NCBI GenBank assembly: GCA_016211105.1
Contig: JACQSX010000029.1
Span: 5,210-69,209, forward strand
Reading direction: 5' to 3'
Length of the DNA stretch: 64,000 nt
Source: Acidobacteriota bacterium
GTDB lineage: Bacteria > Acidobacteriota > UBA6911 > JACQSX01
Of this stretch, positions 59,510-64,000 are shown piece after piece. A program made the position numbers and the translations under genes. Position 1 is the stretch's first letter, and each line of letters starts with the position of its first letter. The notes under the pieces were generated by a model. That model had not been told where the DNA came from and did no database searches. It saw nothing but the letters and a program-made list of their open reading frames with translations.

Positions 59510-61903
59510 CTACTCCGTTCCCATTGGTTTGACTTCAATGCCCGTATAATAGCTCTTTAAAATCTCGACGAAACCCTTCCCCTGAAGCGCCAAACCTACC
59601 GATCCCATCTGGCACAGTCCTACACCGTGGCCCCACCCGCGCCCACGGAAGACAAACTGTTCCACGCCGTCTTGGTTGACGGATCGCTCCAGAGTGAAAA
59701 GCGTGTCTCTCAAGCCGAGTGCAGTCTTTAGTCGAGCGCCGGACAGGACAATCTGGCCGCGGTTGGAAACCACTCGAAGCTTGAGCACCCGCCCGGAAAC
59801 ACCGTACGTCAGCGGTATAAGGTCGAGAATTTGCCCCACAGGCACCAGCGAACTAATACGACGTGACAAGTCCATCTGCGAGATCCTATACTCCCAATAG
59901 GCGTATGGCGCCACAGAACTATTTCCCGAAGCATTCTCTTCCACGATCAGCAATTTTAAGGCGCCCCGCTCGTCAAAATAGCGAACCCGCTCTCCCCCCT
60001 TGACGCGTAGACTGTGTTCCGGAACCAGTCTTTCATTCTCGCGACGATAAAGAACAAGAGACGGAGCCAGCGCGTAAAGGATGCGCTTGCTCCCATCACT
60101 GATCTCTAAGGATCCATCTTGCGCGCGCTCGATCCGTCCCTGCTTCAAGAACTGATCGTGAAACGCGTCCAACAGTCTTCCCAGGGCTTCCAATACGTAA
60201 CCCTTGCGCAAAGGTAAAGCAGGTATCAGACGCTTGCCTTGTGGTTCCAAAATCTTGCGCTCCAACAGCCAGGCCACATGAGGCCGGACCTCCAGGTCAA
60301 TCAAATCCAGATCGTCAAAGTCTTTCAGCCCCACGGACGCGTCACGGGGTGTGTAGCGAACCTCGGCTTCCCTTTCCCCATGGGCTTTGCTCAGCCAGAG
60401 CAGGAAATGCTCAAAGCTCACATCGGACAACGGCGCAACCGGCCGGCGGGAAAGGGAAGCCACGCGGCGTGTCCATGTCCGCATCTCTGCAACGGTAGTG
60501 CTTTGAGAATAAAATTGTGCTTCTTGGGGCAACAGGTCGACCCCGGCGACGTGCACCAGGCCCAGATAAAACTCCAGGCCTTCTTCGGCGGGAATGGTTA
60601 GTCCCCTCCCCTTCTCCAGCATCTTCTCACCGACGCAGACGATGCCGCGCAAGTAGGGAACGTCTTTGGAAGAGAAGACATTGGAGGAATCTTCCGTATG
60701 CCCGCCGCAGGCAGAAGAATAGACCGCTTCAATCGGCTCATCATTGTAAGTGGCAATCAGCCCTTCGGTTCCCTGCACCGCATAATTGCTCAACTCCCTT
60801 TCGCTGTCCATGCCGCCGTACACCTGAGAGCGCAACGTGGCAAAGAGGTCAAACCCATCAGAGGCGTATTGGCCGCGATTACGGATTGCGTAAGTGCGCG
60901 CCGCCACTGCCTGCGCTTTCAGCGCTTCCATTTGCGGGAACAGATAGGGACTCAGTTCGTTCGGCACTACCCCTTTTACGTAGTCCTCCAATTCGACCAC
61001 ATTCACCAAAGTCAGAGTACGGCGGTCATTCACGAGGATTTCGAACCACCCTCGGTAGCTGTGATTGTTGTAACGCAGAAAATGACCAGTGTCGGGTCGC
61101 AATTCAAATCGCGTCGCGTCCCACGTTTCATCCCCCACACGCAGCGTGGCTAGACTCGGCAGTCCAGAGGTCTCCATTGCCACAAATGCATCCGGCGTTG
61201 CGCGGCGCCTGATCTGCTCGGCTCGACTGCGCGCAGAATAGGGCCCCAGGCGGACCTGATGGCGCTGCAATCTCCCGTTCCAACGTATCTTGCCCTCGAA
61301 GCCGCGCTTCTGAAATTCACGGAGGAGTTTCACTGCTTCTATTTCCTCGCTCGGGGCGCCAATCTGGACCCAAAAACGGCGGGTCGACGTAACTGAAATC
61401 GGCGCCAGCACCTGAACTTCTCCCGCTCCCTTTCTTATCAACTCTCCCTCAGACAGCAATTGCGTACCTTCGGGAACTCGAACCGTAATTGCCGACTGAT
61501 CGACCTCCAAACCGACTCTCACAAGGATCCGCGACGATCGGGAAATCCTTCCCTCCTCCGGACGGCGTGGTGTCCTCGTCGCTTCTCCAGATGGAGGAAT
61601 TTCCTCCGCGGGAGTTGAAATGGGAGCTTCTCTTTTTGCAGAAGTTGTAGGAACAGGGCGTTGGATTCTTGGCTTTTTGCCGCAGGCCCCCGCGGCCAGA
61701 GCCAAAATCAGAAAAACGAGTAGGAATGTGGAAGGTCGGAACAAGAAATGAAACACGCGGAAGATTTGACGACCCTTCGAAAGTGCGGCGAGGCAACACG
61801 CGCAGAAGCACATTGGGAAGGACCTGGCCACGGGGACACTGGGACTGAGGGAGACGCGCCGCCTCGCCTCAACTTCCCCGACCCATAACCTCCGCTTCGG
61901 CAT
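59510..61903 (-). CDS. SpoIID/LytB-domain protein with a SPOR (septal peptidoglycan-binding) domain
   Basis: SPOR-like segment (FWVQIGAPSEEIEAVKLLREFQKRGFEGKI...RLGPYSAR) and a C-terminal SpoIID/LytB region (GHGVGLCQMGSVGLA). The start is tentatively the ATG overlapping the upstream stop by 1 nt; the true start (signal/lipobox LAAGAC) may be further in. Confidence 0.75.
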   Translation of the reverse strand: MPKRRLWVGEVEARRRVSLSPSVPVARSFPMCFCACCLAALSKGRQIFRVFHFLFRPSTFLLVFLILALAAGACGKKPRIQRPVPTTSAKREAPISTPAEEIPPSGEATRTPRRPEEGRISRSSRILVRVGLEVDQSAITVRVPEGTQLLSEGELIRKGAGEVQVLAPISVTSTRRFWVQIGAPSEEIEAVKLLREFQKRGFEGKIRWNGRLQRHQVRLGPYSARSRAEQIRRRATPDAFVAMETSGLPSLATLRVGDETWDATRFELRPDTGHFLRYNNHSYRGWFEILVNDRRTLTLVNVVELEDYVKGVVPNELSPYLFPQMEALKAQAVAARTYAIRNRGQYASDGFDLFATLRSQVYGGMDSERELSNYAVQGTEGLIATYNDEPIEAVYSSACGGHTEDSSNVFSSKDVPYLRGIVCVGEKMLEKGRGLTIPAEEGLEFYLGLVHVAGVDLLPQEAQFYSQSTTVAEMRTWTRRVASLSRRPVAPLSDVSFEHFLLWLSKAHGEREAEVRYTPRDASVGLKDFDDLDLIDLEVRPHVAWLLERKILEPQGKRLIPALPLRKGYVLEALGRLLDAFHDQFLKQGRIERAQDGSLEISDGSKRILYALAPSLVLYRRENERLVPEHSLRVKGGERVRYFDERGALKLLIVEENASGNSSVAPYAYWEYRISQMDLSRRISSLVPVGQILDLIPLTYGVSGRVLKLRVVSNRGQIVLSGARLKTALGLRDTLFTLERSVNQDGVEQFVFRGRGWGHGVGLCQMGSVGLALQGKGFVEILKSYYTGIEVKPMGTE

Positions 61904-62823
61904 CAATATTTCATTGCCGTTAGTATTTTTTTTGCAAGTTTCAGAGCTGCGCGACCTTGCTCTCCGCCGCATTCCGGAAGCGAATCGGTTCGAATAGTGT
62001 TAATAAACGCTTCCAGTTCGACTCGCAACGGCTCATCCCTGACAACCGGCAGTTTTCTGTCAATGATCTCTCTGCGGCCATCCTGCTGCACCAGGCTGTA
62101 AAAAGAGACCCGTTGATCACTAAAGTCAACGCTTGCATAGTCATGCTCCTGAAAGAAACGGAGCTTTCGGACTTTTTCATTGGACACACGACTGGCCGTA
62201 ACGTTGGCCACGCATCCGTTTTCGAACTCCAGCCGCGCATTGGCAATGTCGATATTCGAGGTTAAGATCGGGATACCCACCGCCTGAACACTCTCCAAAG
62301 GAGATTTCACAAACCAACCAATAATATCCAGATCATGAATCATGAGATCAAGTACGACGTCGATATCAAGGCTGCGTGGCACAAAAACCCCTAGGCGATG
62401 CGCCTCGAAAAATCGTGGATCTTTCACATACGGCTGAACGGCACGCAGAGCGGGATTGAACCGCTCCGAGTGACCGATTTGAAGTATCGCCCCGCTTTTT
62501 GCGGCGGCCTCCATCATTCGGTCCGCCTCCCTCAGCGAATCCGCGATCGGCTTTTCCACCAGCACGTGTATTCCATGTCGCAGCAAATCCACGGTGATTT
62601 CGCAATGCTGCTTGGTCGGCACCACCAAGCTTACTGCCTCAACTCGATCCATGACCAGACGATAATCTGTCAGGGCAGGCACTCCAAGCGCTCGCGCAAC
62701 ACGGCTCGCCCGGTCTTCCAGGAGGTCAACCACACCCACCAATCGCGTCCCTGATAGCGCAGCCAAATGACGCGCGTGGTGCTCGCCTAGGGCGCCCACC
62801 CCTACCACTGCGATCGAAATCAT
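61903..62823 (-). CDS. Gfo/Idh/MocA-family NAD(P)-dependent oxidoreductase (possibly GnnA-like, given the lipid A context)
   Basis: N-terminal Rossmann fold (ISIAVVGVGALGEHH) plus a GFO_IDH_MocA C-terminal domain. It overlaps the lpxI stop. Confidence 0.85.
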   Translation of the reverse strand: MISIAVVGVGALGEHHARHLAALSGTRLVGVVDLLEDRASRVARALGVPALTDYRLVMDRVEAVSLVVPTKQHCEITVDLLRHGIHVLVEKPIADSLREADRMMEAAAKSGAILQIGHSERFNPALRAVQPYVKDPRFFEAHRLGVFVPRSLDIDVVLDLMIHDLDIIGWFVKSPLESVQAVGIPILTSNIDIANARLEFENGCVANVTASRVSNEKVRKLRFFQEHDYASVDFSDQRVSFYSLVQQDGRREIIDRKLPVVRDEPLRVELEAFINTIRTDSLPECGGEQGRAALKLAKKILTAMKY

Positions 62824-63629
62824 TGGGGTTCTTCACCTAAGATGGAGATGCCATGTTCATGAGCGCGGGCCAGGAGCGCATCCCGATCAAGCAAAAGGGT
62901 TCGCTGCGCGTCGACCGCGAGCAGTTTTGCCCGCGCCGCGATCATGCTCTCGATCGTTCGCAACCCCACCACCGGCACATCAAAGCGCATATCCTGATTC
63001 GGCTTGGCGACCTTAATCACGCAAAAACCTCCGCCGCACAGGTCTCCGGCGCGACGAATAACCGCATCCGTCCCCTCCATCGCTTCAACCGCTACCACGG
63101 CCTGATCTTTTACTGCCACCGTCTGTCCTAGATCCAAACGGGCGACCTCTCGGGCGATCGCAAAGCCATAGGCAATGTCCCGTCGCTCGTTTTCACCGGG
63201 CACCGGGCCGGCAAGCAGCCCCTGAGGCGCCAACAGCGGCTGCAAGAAAAGGGTAGAATCGATCAGCTCAATACCTTCGCGGCTCAATTCCTCGGCCACG
63301 GCGCCGATTAAACTGTCGGTATTCTTGCGAGGCAATCGAGCAAGCAAACGAATCATGCGCCGGTCGGGGATGGCATTGCCGAAAATCTGCGCATGCTTGA
63401 CTTGTCCGGCCATCACCGCTTTGTGCACTTTTTCCTTTTTAAAAAAATCAATCAGCTTCCCCAATTGCCCAATTCCCAGCCAGCAAACTTTATCGGCCGC
63501 CTGCTCGATTTCAGGAAGGGTTTCTTCCTTGACGGCCACGACCACCATCGGAATATTGCGACTGTGCGCCGCCTCCAGAACAAGCAATGGAAATTTGCCG
63601 TTTCCGGCAATCAGACCGTAACGCTCCAT
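62820..63629 (-). CDS. lpxI: UDP-2,3-diacylglucosamine pyrophosphatase LpxI (DUF1009)
   Basis: DUF1009/LpxI core (GLIAGNGKFP...) and its position directly downstream of lpxA with a 1-nt overlap. Confidence 0.8.
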   Translation of the reverse strand: MERYGLIAGNGKFPLLVLEAAHSRNIPMVVVAVKEETLPEIEQAADKVCWLGIGQLGKLIDFFKKEKVHKAVMAGQVKHAQIFGNAIPDRRMIRLLARLPRKNTDSLIGAVAEELSREGIELIDSTLFLQPLLAPQGLLAGPVPGENERRDIAYGFAIAREVARLDLGQTVAVKDQAVVAVEAMEGTDAVIRRAGDLCGGGFCVIKVAKPNQDMRFDVPVVGLRTIESMIAARAKLLAVDAQRTLLLDRDALLARAHEHGISILGEEPQ

Positions 63630-64000
63630 CACCGGATGAATCCGCGTTCTGACTCTGAGGTAAACTGGATTAGAGTTCGCACATGGGCGTTATCAGGAAA
63701 TTCCGCGTTCAATTGCTCAATTGCTTCTTTCAGATGAAGCCGTGACTGGACCAGCACGCGGTAGGCCTTCTTCAGCGCGCGAATCTCCTCCTTCTGAAAA
63801 TTCCGGCGTTCCAATCCAAGCGTATTGATGCCGTACGTCTTGGCATCATTGCGATCACCCACGGTTTTCACAAAGGGAAGCGCGTCTCGCGTGATCACCG
63901 AATAGCCGCCCACATAGGCGTGGCTTCCCACCCGGCAAAACTGGTGTACACCTGAAAACGCTCCGATCGTAGAATGGTCTTGCACAATGACGTGTCCGGC
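63629..64000 (-). CDS. lpxA: Acyl-ACP--UDP-GlcNAc O-acyltransferase LpxA, C-terminal part (the gene starts beyond the window end)
   Basis: Left-handed beta-helix tail plus the C-terminal helical domain (GLERRNFQKEEIRALKKAYRVL...EAIEQLNAEFPDN). Confidence 0.8.
   Translation of the reverse strand, partial: AGHVIVQDHSTIGAFSGVHQFCRVGSHAYVGGYSVITRDALPFVKTVGDRNDAKTYGINTLGLERRNFQKEEIRALKKAYRVLVQSRLHLKEAIEQLNAEFPDNAHVRTLIQFTSESERGFIR

Noticed and set aside
1-64000. CRISPR arrays, transposases, integrases, phage or toxin-antitoxin genes
   Set aside because: None observed on reading both strands. The only mobile-DNA-like signal is the remnant cluster at the tRNA-Leu.

Overview
This is a 64 kb chromosomal segment with roughly 58-60% GC and high coding density. 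Gene content points to an Acidobacteria- or Planctomycetes-like soil bacterium: a TonB-dependent receptor carrying a CarbopepD_reg N-terminal domain, a DUF1501/DUF1549-DUF1553 gene pair, the pgk-tpiA-secG cluster, an lpxA-lpxI module, CusBA and EmrAB-TolC efflux systems, and a form-undetermined molybdenum hydroxylase. Most of the window is core metabolism or housekeeping: metH, pgk/tpiA/secG, tpx, gatB, miaA, yidD, msrPQ, lipid A genes, and a SpoIID/SPOR cell-wall protein. No CRISPR array, transposase, integrase or phage genes were seen. The non-obvious signals are listed below.
- Two complete cobalamin riboswitch aptamers sit in tandem on the minus strand, upstream of a BtuB-like TonB-dependent receptor, followed by an RBS-sequestering hairpin.
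- A G14 homopolymer lies in a 670 bp low-GC non-coding region, just upstream of a PAS histidine kinase / response regulator operon.
- A translationally coupled pair of unrecognisable proteins (441 aa and 119 aa) is embedded among housekeeping genes.
- A Cys-rich secreted mini-protein sits directly upstream of cusBA.
- A molybdenum hydroxylase L-M-S operon ends in a UbiD-family decarboxylase gene, partial at the window edge.
- A tightly coupled LpxL-like acyltransferase + GlcE-like + GlcF-like trio.
- A tRNA-Leu is flanked by gene remnants: a TBDR-domain fragment and a C-terminally truncated thioredoxin next to a C8 tract.
Gene starts were re-evaluated against RBS and ATG context, and several differ from the raw ORF track.
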